DNA of 64,000 nt from Massalongia carnosa (lineage: Eukaryota), in assembly GCA_965645245.1 (NCBI GenBank), contig OZ287077.1, forward strand, positions 868,001 through 932,000. Reading direction: 5' to 3'. The notes below the pieces were generated by a model. It saw only the letters and a list, made by a program, of their open reading frames with translations, did no database searches and was not told the DNA's origin. A program made the position numbers and the translations under genes. Position 1 is the first letter of the stretch. Each line of letters begins with the position of its first letter. Below are positions 48,101 to 60,366 of this stretch, one piece after another.

Positions 48101-49691
48101 CAGATTCTGCAGGAGTCACGGTCTGCTGAATACACAGCGCTTCAAATGATTCCGGGCCACCGCCCAAGCCAGCATTAGCTTGCTCGGCGTCGCGCCTGCT
48201 TCCTCGAAAGGGCGAAAGCTGGAGCTGTGGAAACGTCACTTCGATGCCCTCAGCAATGCGAATCGACACTGGGATGAGGATTTGCAACGTGGGCTCTACA
48301 AAACATGTATCAGCACATAGCAAGAAGTTGACCAATATTACCCTCGAAGAAAACACAGGCAGTAGATGTACTTAAGCCACACACCAAGGTGACAGATCTA
48401 ACGATTGGTAGTGATCGGGCTACCGATAGCAATTCTCGTTTGGGCGGCTCTCTGCTCGGGCTATTATGTCCGCTTCATTCCGTTTTTCATACTTCTCGCT
48501 TCAGTATCCTGCCAATTTTGGATGTTTTGTCATTAGCAGAGAGGTTTTCTGCGTCTTCTGTAGGCTTATGAATTAAGTTGTCATTTACTCACGAATATCA
48601 AGTTTCTTTTGGAGAAACAAATAGGATGTTCTGTAACTTTGTTTGAAGCTGTTGAATATCTAGTTTCTCACATCCCTTTTCATCTATTCAATTGTTCTAA
48701 ATGCTGACATTTATCATGATGCGATGTCTCTTGATTACGGATATAAATATGGAATACATATACACATACTGCTTCCCCCGTTCGCTTGAGTTAAATGGCC
48801 CTTTGTATTTTGGCTAGGGCTTTTCAAAGAGAATGATTTAGGAGGTGGGAACCACCTTCGGCAAGGCATTGAGCGAAGCTATGAGGTTTTCGAGCATGTA
48901 AAAAAGTTGAGAGTGAAGTACCAGGGAGCCACATCTTCTCTGAATGCGAACAGCCGTCACAAAATACTGAAGGGGTAGTGGATTGGCCTAGTTGTTACTC
49001 TTATTTATATTATTGCATCGGTTAGAGAAGATATCGGTGGAAGCTTGCCTGGGTCCGCATTTTGTACAATTACAAGCCGAGAAGGTTGAGGTCTAAACCT
49101 TACAAAGCAGGCCTGGTCCCCATCTTGGCCCTGACTTTCTCCTCTCATGTATCACAATAAAGGTCATCCAATCTTAACCGAAAGCCATACAACGATCTTA
49201 GGAGCGAATTTGATTACTTCTGCTACCTGTGCTAACGGTGATCGCTGTCTTTTCATACAACCATTGTCTGATATTTTATATGGGGCTCGGTAAGGTATTC
49301 ACTCTCTGAGTCGTATGAACCGAACCTAGGCTTGTATTTCAAGTGCTATCAAAAAGGAACAGATCAAACTCTGCGGTGTTGTCCATGACCTTTTTTTGCA
49401 TCTTACCAATCTCTAAATAGTTCCTTTGTAGAAAAACATGGAAGTTTCTATTGATATGATAAATAGACCGTAAGCTGAAGAGCCAATATGTATACACCCC
49501 TACCGTGTTAGTCCAAACTGAATGAACTGTTTTAGTAGTAGGGCATTACGTTTGAAGATATATAAACTGTACTCTAGAGTTTGCCTTTTACAAATAAATC
49601 TAAGACTCACGACAACTGCTACCCTGATAAGAAAGGAGATGTAAAGCGTATATTTTAGATTTTGAAGGTCAAGCTCGAAGTTTATAAAATA

Positions 49692-51707
49692 CAGTCAGCT
49701 CGGGTTATAAGAAACTGCTGATTAAGAAACCTCGGCTAGTAAGAAACTCGGACGAAAAGACCGGTTTTTTTCTGGTGAGAGATAAGAAACCTCGCTCTAT
49801 TAGAAAGTTTCTTAACTTTCTCTTAAAATTTTGCGGTGGTTACTTATAGTAAATATGACTTAACCTTCGACTTCTTTGAGATATAATAGTCAAAATCCGG
49901 AGACTCTATCTCGAAATCCTCGAAAACGTTCTACATCCCCGCTTTCTCCCAGAGAGAGAAGCAGAAAAAAGCGTGACGCCTTTATCGACGACCAACGACG
50001 AGCATTACGACAGCGTTACCAAGATCCTGCTGTATCCGGAGATGACAAGAAATACGAAAAACTGGTCGTTTGGTTTGACAATCTTTACCGTCATAAAATT
50101 GACAAAGGACAAGTTTCCAAAATCCTCTCACATAAATGGGCTCATCTGGATACATCTCACGCATTGCTACGCCCGAATCTGAAGAAAATTCGAACTGCAC
50201 ATTGGTCTGAATTAGAAACGGCCTTATTTGAGTGGCAACAGCGCATGCAACGCAAAAGAGCGCCTTTGTCGGGCGATTTGTTAAAAGAAATGGCCTTGAA
50301 ATTTTGGAAACGATTGCCTCTGTACCGTAATCAATCCTCTTTCAGGTTCTCTATTGGATGGCTGAATTCTTTCAAAAGAAGATACAAGATTACAAAACAT
50401 AAACAACACGGCGAGCTCGATTCCGTCAAGCGCGTGGAGGTTGAAGAAGAGTTAGAAGTAATACGGGTACAGCTATTATCATAAGATCAGGAAGATATCT
50501 ACAACATGGATGAAACTGCGTTATTTTGAAAGGCTACACTCAGTACTACATTAGCTACGGAACAGCTCCCAGGCGGCAAGGTGGAAAAAGCGAGAATTAC
50601 TGCAAATTTCTGTTGCAATGCTACTGGAACTTACAAGCTTCTCATATGGTTCATTGGGACGGTCAAAAATCCGCGTGCTTTTGGTTCACAGGGTGTTCAC
50701 GCTTGTAACCTGCATATGATATGGCGCAGTAACAGTAGAGCTTGGATGTCGGGCGATATATTTCGGGAGTATTTACGCTGATTTAATGGCAACGTAAGTC
50801 GTAAGGTTGTATTGTTAATTGACAATTTTTCAGCTCAGCAAAAGCGGCTGGGATATCATAGTTGCTGAAGGTGGTTTATCCCATGTTAGCGTTATATTTC
50901 TGTCAGTCAATGCTATCAGCTTATGCCAGCCGCCTGATCAGGGTATTATAGGCGCTTTCAAGGCTCATTACAGACAACGCTGACTAGAATACATGACCTC
51001 CGAATACGACGCAGATAGGGAGCCGTTAAAAACCATCAACGTACTGATGGCAATACGTTGATGCGTAGCCGCCTGGAATTACGGTGTTACTCAGTTAACT
51101 ATCTCTAATTGTTGACTGAAATCTCGTGTAATCGGGACAAAACATGGGCCAATGACTCGAGAAGGGGCAGAGAAATATGACTATCTCAATGAGACTCGGA
51201 CGCAAGAGCAAGAAATGGAGCAACGACTACAGATACAAGCTACAATACGGCGTTTGAAAGACCGTGATCATATACAAAGCGTCATGCGTATTGACGAGTT
51301 TCTGAACCCTGTTGAAGAGGTGGTAGAGATACCGAAGAGGATTTGGAGGATCACATCGTTGCTATATATGATGGCCATGAAAGAGAATACGAGACGGAGG
51401 AGGAGGTCATTGTATCACGTGTTCAAAACAAGGACGCTCTACGAGCTCTTGAAACGTTACGGTTATATGAGGAGCAACGAGAGGTCGGTGACGATGATTT
51501 GATACGTCGTCTGAATCGTAAAGAGTGGGATATCAAGACCTCAATGGCGATTAGCTCTAGGCAAGTTGTAATGACGGATTTCTTTGCCATTAGGTAGTCG
51601 ATAGGTATAGTCTTGAAAATATGCCAAGAATTTTGATATTAGAAACCTCGCTTAATAAGAAACCTAGGTGCTACGATTTTGGAGTTTCTTATAACCCGAT
51701 CTGACTG
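49692..51707 (+). mobile_element. pogo/Tigger-like Tc1-mariner DNA transposon, full length, transposase inactivated
   Basis: 25-bp TIRs CAGTCAGMTCGGGTTATAAGAAACT (1 mismatch), TA on both sides, subterminal TAAGAAAC repeats. CENP-B-type HTH (ELETALFEW, FSIGWLNSFKRRY) and DDE_1 motifs (IYNMDET, LLIDNFS, CQPPDQGII) are broken by stops and frameshifts. Confidence 0.95.
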
Positions 51708-51768
51708 TAGAGGCTATTAGGGTATTTCGGGCCGCCATACCGACGCTAAATCTTCACTAGGTAGCATA

Positions 51769-51809
51769 ACGCGCTACAGGGATACACGACTTGGTTTTAT
51801 TGCACGCGA
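51769..51809 (+). promoter_or_regulatory. MCB-like ACGCG elements upstream of POL1
   Basis: ACGCGC at 51769 and ACGCGA at 51804, 140-180 bp before the ATG of a DNA replication gene. Confidence 0.4.
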
Positions 51810-51948
51810 TTTATAGTACGCCTAAGTTTGTACTCTGTACGCTGATTCCTCTCTACTTAAGTTAGCACAATTCAATTTCTGAACAACCTGATGGAAAAAC
51901 CGAATTCCTCTACTTGATTTCTGCTTGTTACTTCCTCCATCTACCATC

Positions 51949-54900
51949 ATGCCCTCAAAAGCTTCCCGTCTCGCAGAGCTCAGAGCACTGCGCGCCTCTG
52001 GCAAGACACGCCTTTCAATTTATAAAGTTGAGGAAGCGGAGGATATTTATGATGAACATGATGAGACAGCCTACAACAAAGTTGTGAGAGCTCGTTTGGA
52101 CCAGGACGACTTCGTTATCGATGATAATGGAGAGGGCTATGCCGACGATGGACGAGAAGAGTGGATGGAAGAGCAGATATATGACAGCGGCAGCGGAAGT
52201 GAGCTGGATTTACCATTGAAGGGTAAAGCTGGTATGTCTGTGTCAGCAATATGATTTTCAGGAAACTAATGCAATCGAAGCCAAGAGAAAGCGTGAAGAG
52301 GACAAGGAGAAAGCAGAAAAGACTACCAATAACATCAACAAGTATTTTAGCAATGGCCCTGCTGCGGTAGCGCCGAAGTCGAAAGTATATGAGCAATTTC
52401 CTTTATCTATGAGGAGGCTAACTTTTCCTGCAGACGATTGCAACTGTTGAAGATGCTGCCTTCATGGCAGATTTGCTTGGTGAAGTTGATACAAACATAC
52501 CCTCCCATCAGCCTTTGAAAACCGTTAAAATCGCTGCCCGCCGGAAGATGCGTGTACTATCACCACCTATCTCTCAGAATCGGACCGTGTCAATTTCCAA
52601 ACCTAGGGCTAATGAACATTCTACCCACTTGTTGAATACGCCTCCGCTTGAAACAGCTTACGATGAAGATATGGCTTTTGCTGGGGGTCTCGATGATGAA
52701 GATTTCCCTCAAAACGACGAAATACCATCCTCCCCTATCACCAAAGCGGTTGAGCGCAAGAACCAACTACGCATTAAAGCCGAGGATGAGGATGACGAAG
52801 ACGTGATGGAAGTCGCTCAAGCCATTGGCGATCATAATGTCCAATCTGCTACAGTTAACATATCGGGTTCCCGCCCTGCGCTAAAGACAATCAAGAATGC
52901 TCCGTATCCTTCGCCCGAGAGCTCATCACCAACCCGCCCGCCTGCTGATATGATTGATCCGTCCGCTTGGAACCAGGTTACTTCGAAACTGAACGTATTA
53001 AGTGCTCAAGCGCCAGACACTGTTACCTATGGCAAGCTCAAGCTGGAAGATGCGATTGAGGATGATGGTGCTGTGCGCATGTTCTGGACAGATTACACCG
53101 AAGTCAATGGAAGCCTGTGCCTATTTGGTAAGGTGAAGGATAAAAATAGTGGTCTGCATGTCAGCGCCTTTGTGAAAGTGGACAACATTCTGAGGAAGCT
53201 CTATTTTCTTCCCAGAACATATCGTCAACGTGAGTTTGGGTTGAACATTTTCGATATATAGCTGATTTATTTAGGACATGGCCAAGACACCTCTGAGGAA
53301 ATAGAAATGGGAGATGTCTACACAGAAGTAGACGAAATTATGACCAAGCTTCGAGTTGGAATGCATAAGATCAAACCTGCATCGAGAAAGTATGCATTTG
53401 AGTTACAAGATGTACCAAAAGAAGCAGACTACCTCAAGTTGATGTATACATATGAAAGTAGGTAAAACTATCGAAGAGATTATTATGATTCTCTAACAAA
53501 ACTTAGAGCCTGCCTTGTCCCTAGGACTAAAGGGAGATACGTTCTCTCATGTGTTTGGAACAACCACTGCGCTGTTCGAGCAGTTTGTTCTTTGGAAGAA
53601 CATCATGGGGCCTTGTTGGCTCAAAATCGATGGTGCTGATCTAACCCAGCTTCACAACGCATCTTGGTGTAAGTTCGAGGTTGCGATTACCTCTCCAAAA
53701 GCTCTTGCTACTGTGCCAAACTCAGAAAGCATTGAGGCGCCGCCTCTAACGTTCATGAGTGTTGCCTTACGGACGGTCTTGAATGCCAAGGAGAACAAGC
53801 AGGAGATCCTCGTTGCTAGTGCTCGAGTCTACGAAAATGTCTTGATTAATGACACGACACAGCCAGAGCGGTTGCCTTGCAAGACATTTACGATCATAAG
53901 GCCCATTGAAAGTTCGTTCCCGGCAGGTTTTGATGCAGCAACCAAGAAGGAACGCGGCAGTATCATTCTGGCGAAGAGCGAGCAGTTGCTGTTGGCACAA
54001 TTTCTTGCTCTTATGGAGAAGATTGATCCAGATGTACTCATGGGTCATCAACTGCAAGATGTCGACTATCCTATCTTGCTGAGCAGGCTAAGGGAGAGAA
54101 AAACCCCTGGTTGGCATAGAATAGGGCGACTGAGGCGAAGCGAGTGGCCCAAGAACATGGGAAAGGGCGGAGGAAGCTTTTATGCTGAGAGACAGCTAGT
54201 GTCCGGGAGGCTACTATGTGACATCGCTAACGACATGGGAAAGGTATTGTTCTGTGCAGGCCTTCGAGTGTGATTGCTGACAGAAGTTACAGTCTCTTAT
54301 GACAAAATGTCAGTCTTGGAGTCTTACCGAGATGTGCGAGCTTTATTTAGGAGAAGGCAGTCCACGGCGTGAAATTGACAATGAAGTGGCACTCAAGACA
54401 TGGGCGACCTCGAGAGAAGGCCTCTTAAACTACGTTAATCACTGCGAGGCAGATACTTTCTTCATTACTGCAATTGCTCTGAAAGTGCAGATGCTGCCCT
54501 TAACGAAAGTTCTTACAAACCTGGCAGGTAATTCATGGGGAAGGACACTAAGCGGTACTCGCGCAGAGCGTAACGAGTATATTCTACTGCACGAATTCCA
54601 TAAAAACAAATACATATGCCCCGACAAGATATTCGGCAAAGGAAAAGTCAAGATCGAAGAGGACAATCCTGAGGGAGAGGAAGGCGTTGATGTGAGAAAG
54701 AAAGATAAGTTCAAGGGTGGTCTGGTCTTTGAGCCTGAAAAGGGGCTCTATGATAAGTTCATCCTAGTCATGGATTTCAACAGTCTGTATCCAAGCATTA
54801 TCCAAGAATACAACATATGCTTCACAACAGTGGATAGGTCGGAACAGGTATGGAACTTAGCCTACCTATTGACCGTCCAGAGCAAATATTGACTGCGTGT

Positions 54901-56705
54901 AGAATGATGGCGATGATAAAGTCCCAGATGTCCCTGAGGGCCAGAATCAAGGGATTCTACCTAAACTCATCGCTACCCTAGTCAGCCGGAGAAGGCAAGT
55001 GAAGAGCAATATGAAAGACAAAAGAGCTACTGCGGATCAACTTGCAACATGGGACATCAAACAACTTGCCCTTAAGCTAACAGCTAACTCTATGTATGGC
55101 TGTCTTGGATACACGCAGTCAAGATTCTATGCAAGGCCCCTCGCTATGCTCACTACCTTTAAGGGACGTGAAATCTTACGGAGTACCAAGGACCTTGCAG
55201 AAAGCGCTCAGCTTCAGGTCATTTACGGAGACACTGATTCCGTGATGATAAATACCAATGTAGATAATATGGAAGAAGCGCTCAAAATTGGCAAAGATTT
55301 CAAGCGCTCGGTCAACGATCGATACAAGCTCTTAGAAATCGACGTGGATAATGTCTTCCGGAGACTCTTATTACATGCCAAGAAAAAGTATGCTGCTATC
55401 AACATGGTTGAAGTAGACGGGAAATATGTCGATAAGCTTGAGGTTAAGGGCCTTGATATGAAGCGAAGGGAGTATTGTGCTTTATCGAAAGAAGCATCTT
55501 CGCGGTTGCTGAATGAGATTTTGTCCGGGGAAGATCCGGAGGTGGTTGTATCCAAAGTTCACGAATACCTTCGGGAGCTGTCACAAAAGATGAGAGAGGA
55601 AAAAATCCCTGCTCATAAATACATCATCTTTACTGTAAGCTTTCTGAACATCCTGTTTACCTGGTGGAAGACAAACTGATGGACCCTTCAGAAACTGGGC
55701 AAAAACCCGAAGGATTACCCAAACCCCGATAGCATGCCTCAAGTCCAAGTGGCTCTAAGATCGCTCGCACAGGGCAAATCAGTCCGGATCAACGACGTGA
55801 TCTCCTACATTATGACCTCAGCCGCCTCCTCCAATATCTCCCCTTCAGAATCAACAGCCAAACGAGCATACGCCTCTGCGGACGTCACAACTTCCTCTTC
55901 GACCCTAAAACCAGACATAGAGTGGTACATCTACAAGCAAATCTTCCCTCCCATCGAGCGCCTCTGCGCCCCTATTCCCGGTACCGACGCTACCCAACTT
56001 GCCGAATGCCTTGGCCTCGATACCCGCAAATACGCCATCGGCTCTATCTCATCCTCTAATCAAGCGCAGGAAATCTCTCCTCTGGAAAGCCAGATCCCTG
56101 ACTCGGTCCGCTTCAAGGACGCCGCACGTCTGACGCTTCAATGCCGTCACTGCAAGCACGCCTTCGCGTTTGAGGGCCTGCTCCCGTCCATCAACATAGT
56201 TACTCCTGAGGGCATCGTCTGCCCCGCTGACACCTGCAAGCGCGTCTTCTCGACCCTCACCGTTGTCGCGCAGCTCGAGCACGCCATCCGCCTTCAAACG
56301 TCACGATACTACTCCGGTTGGCTTGCGTGTGACGACCCCGCATGCGGCAACCGCACTAGGCAGTTGAGCGTCTACGGGCACCGCTGCCTAGGGCCGCAGG
56401 GCCGCGCCACGGGCTGCTTGGGGAGGATGGCATACGAGGCGTCGGAGAAGGCACTGTATAATCAGTTGCTATATTTCCGCGGCTTGTGGGACGTGGAAAA
56501 CATGCTGAGCGAGAAGGGGAGGCCGAAATTGGGGAAGCTCAGCAGCGGCGACGGCACCGAGACCGAGGAGAAGGTGAAGGCGGTAGCGGAGTGGAATCGG
56601 GAGAGGTTCGGGACTTGTCGGGAGGTGGTAGAGGGGTATTTGAAGAGGTGCGGGCGGGTGTGGGTGCAGATGGATGCGCTGTTCGGGTTCGCGATGGGGC
56701 GTTAG
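51949..56705 (+). CDS. POL1: DNA polymerase alpha catalytic subunit, about 8 exons
   Basis: [17 protein letters not shown]-terminus; family B motifs [39 protein letters not shown]-terminal Zn-finger cysteines. Confidence 0.97.
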
Positions 56706-57196
56706 GGAGGGAGACGGCTAGGGGGCCTCGTTTTTGGGGATGAAGGATGAGAGAGAGGAATTGGATAGGTGTTTTTTGTTATCGTCGAGTTTGGGTTGGT
56801 TATTTGCCGGCAACGAATGGAAATAGGGGAATTTTGAAGATTGCCCTTTAAGAAAGATGAGATGGGCGCTTCGGTTGTACTTATTCGAGTGCCTTGCATG
56901 CATGCATGTATGTAAGTATGGTTCTTCTTGATACGGTCATATATTCGAGGTATGTTCCAGGTCGGACTCTTGGGGAGGGGGGGTTGCAAGTACTTTAGAG
57001 GTTACCATATTCTATATAACTCTCAGCCTCCTAGCTTTGCTTTACTTTTCTATTTATTCTCTTGTTATTCCTTCATTTAAATATCTTTCCCCCTTTTTTT
57101 GCCCCAACCAGCCACAGCCACAATAATCCCCCCCTCCTTCTACCTTGTTCTGTCTATCCGTCATCTTTCCTCATCCACTGTCCTTTCATCAAATAT

Positions 57197-57236
57197 TCCA
57201 TCCATCCATCCATCCATCCATCCATCCATCCATCCA
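57197..57236. repeat. (TCCA)n microsatellite
   Basis: About 10 tandem TCCA units. Confidence 0.9.
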
Positions 57237-58309
57237 TCTCCCCATATCTCATCATCTCCCATCTCACCTCAGAAGCTTTGCAAGTCTGCACGGAGGATCT
57301 TTTCCTCGTCCATGTTTATGTTCATGTTCGTGTTTATTTTCCTTGTTGACTGGACGTTTTCGAGGAAGAAATTGAATGAATGGAAGGAATCCATGAATGA
57401 ATGCATACGAGAGAGAGGGGTGGATGAAAGAAGGGTAGAAAGGTAATTAAAGGCAATATAGAAATGGAGTTTGGGGAACCAAGGATGTATATGGCCCGGC
57501 CCCCACAGGGATATCATCGGGGGGGGGGGGAAATAAGGCAACTTACCACTTACCTGCCTACCTACACCCATTCACACCTCTGAATCCTCCCTATCGGCAA
57601 CCCCCCCTCCGGACGGTGGGCCCATCGTCTCCAATCAGCAATATAAGGGTGTTTCTAAATGAGGGGATGCGAAATACCTTTCTACCTATTTTATAAATCC
57701 CTCTTAGACGTACGTCTCGTCTCTCTCTGTCCGCCTTTGTCGGGGTTAAATTCGGAGTGGGATGTGTAGGTTTTTGAAGGAAGTAGGATGAGATAGGGAT
57801 TTACCTTCGTCTAGATACTTTTAGTGACTATAGTGGGGAGGTTTAGGGGGAGGGGTGGTATTGGTGTTGGCTTGAAGGAACATGTATATGTATTCTGGTG
57901 GGTTCTTCGACACTAAGGGGAACCTTAAGGATTCTGACAGTCTTTTGCTTTCATGTAGAGACCGATGAGCAAAGTGGATGGAAAAGTTTCTGGTGAAAAG
58001 AGAGAAGGGTTTAGGATTGTGGTGAATTTTATTTGGGATGGATGAGCTGTGCATTAGTCATGGGGTGAGGTGGATGGAGTGAGGAATATTGATGAGGGCC
58101 GGGAAAGCAAAGGAGGAAGAGCGATTGATGATGGAAAAGTGAGACATAGGGGAGATCAAAGGGCGATTGATAGCTGCTACTATGGAGATTCGGAGAAATG
58201 GAGCTAAAATAGTAGCTATAGCTGCAGGAATTCCCTTTCAACAGAGTCTGCTTTCTCACCAATCGCTTCTTCGGCCTTTTTTGGTGCAGGAAGGCACGCA
58301 CGCATCCTT

Positions 58310-59902
58310 CTAATTCATCTGCTTGATCAATGCATTGATCTTATCCTCCCGATTTCCCAAGTCTCCACCCTCCACAAAATGCTTGAACTTGCGCGGGCGG
58401 AACCCCCCGGTAGGATTACTTAGCTTGAAGGGCCATAAGAAGTTGTTGGCCTGCTTGAAATTAGGGCCGACGGTAAAAATTTCATGGATCAGGTCCTCAA
58501 TGCAGACGATGCCGTACTGGCCCAAGTTGTCCTCAACCAGTTGGTTGTCGGTAAGAGGGATGCGCTGTTTGTCGATCTTGCCGTAGCCGCGTTTATAGAC
58601 GAGGTCACGCACCGTCTTGACGGACGGGAAACCGTACGCAATATAGGGTTCCACCACCTTGAGCATTTCCGATGTCGCTTTTGTTAGTCGTACGAAGACA
58701 CCATTGTTGATCTGCAGGAGGCGGAGTAGCTGGAGGATCTTGCGGGGTTTGGGGGCAATTTTGTTAATGCTGTAAATGGTGTTAGTTGAGCAGAAGAGCG
58801 GAGGAGGGGTGGGAAAGGCGAAGGAACGTATGAGTTTACCCTTTGATGCGGACGACGAAGACGAGTTTGGGCTCAGCAGGGACGTAGAAAGTGCCTTCTT
58901 GTTTGCTCAGACGGGACAGGCGGATTTTCTCGCGCTCGGCATCGCGGTACTCCTTGACGTAGGATTCGGCGCGCTTGAAGATCACGCCACGCTTTTCTTT
59001 CTGAGCCTATACAAACTATACTTCAGCGTCAAATCAACCAGGTATTGGTGGTATAGTTTTCGCTAATTGTGATTGACTCAGACCCGAAAGATGGTTAATA
59101 AGTGCGACACCATCGACCAGAAGGTCTAGTCACGCGATATCGTGTGTCATCAAAGTCATCGACGGCTCTACGGCATAGGCAGGACAAAAGATTATGGCCT
59201 TACCTTCTTCTTTTTCTGAAGCTCGGCTGAGCGTTCCTCACGCTGTTTTTCCTGGCTCTTGCGCTTCTTCAATAGGGTTTCCGGGACCAGGATTTGATCC
59301 TCTGTTGGCACAGACCTGCAAGTGCCCAGGGAAAGAAGAGGTCAGCATAATCTGTCCGTTAATGAGAAATAGATAAGTACGCCGAGCAAAGAATTGCAGC
59401 TAAAGCGCAGCATTCTCGGACTGGAGCTTGAACTCGACGGAATGTATTTGATCGGTGAGTTTGATGCAGCGCGCTACTAAGATAGATGCTTGGGGAAGCG
59501 GATCGAGCTTTTGACACGTTGCATCATAGTTCTCATCCAACAAAACCTCAAGCAAAGCTCAAGAGATATGCCTGTACCATTTAGAGTCTTTATTGAGCCA
59601 GAGCGAGTAGGGACAAGCTGTTGGTAAAGACTCCGATGCGGCACTGTTTTTCAAGGAGAAGACCAGGGTCTTCAACCTCAATACCCCAGTTTCCCCACCA
59701 AGAGCTAACCAGGGTGATTGAGCTGATGATGAAGAAGTACGGGAAAATCGAGCTGACATTAAGGAAGTCAAGCTTGAATCAACGTTTCCAGCTAGCCAGT
59801 AGATACAACTATTCCTTTTGCATAGCGAACGGGCATCGATGAAAAGAAGATCGAAGGAGGTGCATACGTCTTGGCTACAGCTTGGTGCTTCTTTGGAGGC
59901 AT
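58310..59902 (-). CDS. RPL7: 60S ribosomal protein L7 (uL30), 4 exons
   Basis: Exon 1 [12 protein letters not shown] with GTATGC donor; [24 protein letters not shown]...[24 protein letters not shown]...[14 protein letters not shown]. Confidence 0.96.
59073..59159 (-). ncRNA. Intronic box C/D snoRNA of the snR39/snR39B/snR59 group
   Basis: Lies in RPL7 intron 2. C box TTGATGA (59147-59153), D box CTGA (59078-59081), terminal TGAC/GTCA stem, and guide ACCATCTTTCGGGT complementary to the conserved LSU rRNA ACCCGAAAGAUGGU. Confidence 0.9.
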
Positions 59903-60366
59903 CTCGACGGCCTGGTGGTTGTCGAGCCAGCGTAAGGTCGCGTTGGGGGAGGAATGAGAAGATTTTTTTGTACTCTGTATGTGTGTGTAGAAGAAGCGAT
60001 TAAAGTAACTAGGTAAGCGAATATCGCTTAGATACACTAGGGTTATGCACTTCGCTAAAACAGGGGACGACTTAGGGCTATGGATTTGTTTCCCGCTGTG
60101 CAATTTCTAAGGTTAAGACATCAGGAAAACAAGGAGGGAGAGAGAGGGGATGGATAACAATGATTCAACTCGATTGGTTATTTAGGCCACACGGAGGGAA
60201 AACATATGGGAGGCCGTCAGGTGATCACGTGTACTTAGCAAAAGGTGAATGCAGGCTCGCGTCAATTACATTTCTTCGTCCATCCTCCTCATCTCTCCCT
60301 CAACCCCACCTCACTAAGGTGATCTTTTCTTTTTTTTCTCTAGCAGAGCCTCCTATCCCTTCGGCC

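Noticed and set aside
59724..59757. TGATGA...CTGA pair on the + strand in RPL7 intron 1
   Set aside because: Antisense to the host gene and too short for a C/D snoRNA.
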